From: the human T2T-CHM13v2.0 reference genome, Homo sapiens
Direction: 5' to 3' (one strand)
Length of the DNA stretch: 64,000 nt
NCBI RefSeq assembly: GCF_009914755.1
Contig: NC_060932.1
Shown: positions 58,635 through 64,000 of the stretch, piece by piece
Position numbering within the stretch: position 1 is the stretch's first letter
Layout of the letters: each line of letters opens with the position of its first letter
Made by a program: the position numbers and the translations under genes
Notes under the pieces: model-generated
The model's input: the letters and a program-made list of their open reading frames with translations, nothing else
Database searches by the model: none
What the model was told of the DNA's origin: nothing

Positions 58635-58948
58635 AGCCCAGCCCGGTAGCGCAGGCTTGTAATCCAGCACTTGAGAGGCCAAGGGGGGAGGATCCTTGAG
58701 CCCAGGAATTTGAGATTCAGCCTGGGCAACACAGCAACACCCCATGTCTAAAAAGAAAAAAATTTGTTTAAATTAGCCGAGCATGGTGGCACCTGCCTGT
58801 AGGTCCAGCTACTCAGGAGGCTGAGGTGGGAGGATTGCTGGAACCCAGGAATTCAAGGTTGCAGTGAGCCATGATCAAGCCACTGCACCCCAGCCTGGGC
58901 AAGAGTGAGACTCCACCTCAAAAAAAAAAAAAAAAAAGAAAAAGAAAA
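58635..58948 (+). mobile_element. AluJ without TSD
   Basis: Dimeric Alu with poly(A); flanks do not repeat. Confidence 0.85.
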
Positions 58949-58949
58949 T

Positions 58950-62230
<3,281 letters not shown>

Positions 62231-62499
62231 AAAAGTACGTATTTTTTCTAAATGAGGCAGGGTAAACATAGGGAACTGAGGTAAAAGGAAACAGTTTAAA
62301 ATAATTATTTTTGTTTTCTTCAAACATGGTATTTTAGGCTCTACACTAGATCTTAAAATTAAGGACAAATTAGTCAGAATAATACATATCCCAGGAAAAC
62401 TTCTGACTTAGCATTGTAAACCAATTCTAAGAATGGCTGGTAATTCATAACAAAGCCAAATAATGCTTCACAAGTAAGTATAGGATAGAATGAACACAA

Positions 62500-64000
<1,501 letters not shown>

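Larger units (their letters stand above)
51100..58635. repeat. Segmental duplication copy B flank (downstream of functional IMPA1), paralogous to 1-9390
   Basis: Collinear similarity as for copy A; true left boundary not definable because copy A runs off the window start. Confidence 0.95.

Overview
Primate (most likely human, chr8q21.13) genomic DNA with no intact protein-coding gene. The window spans an ancient ~50-kb tandem segmental duplication of the IMPA1-SLC10A5 region. Copy A (1 to ~41 kb) carries an unprocessed inositol monophosphatase 1 pseudogene on the minus strand (IMPA1P1): a CpG-island promoter, a non-coding exon 1, an alternative 5' exon and all 8 coding exons. It also carries a 5'-truncated SLC10A5 pseudogene. 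Processed NIPA2 and RPS26 pseudogenes lie in IMPA1P1 introns. Copy B begins by ~51.1 kb (51.1-58.6 kb is paralogous to 1-9.4 kb) and ends in what appears to be the 3' UTR of the functional IMPA1 gene. The rest is Alu, L1, L2, LTR and DNA-transposon sequence. The most interesting signals are: (i) the IMPA1 copy looks like a long-functional paralog that died late; (ii) copy-specific transposons date the duplication to before AluJ, MER2 and MER30 insertions; (iii) a templated-insertion deletion breakpoint in the pseudogene 3' UTR; (iv) a nested AT-rich palindrome; (v) an RPS26 retrocopy of a long-3'UTR isoform. I found no evidence of a wholly new biological system. Gene and repeat names and parent sequences are recalled from memory, not from a database search.
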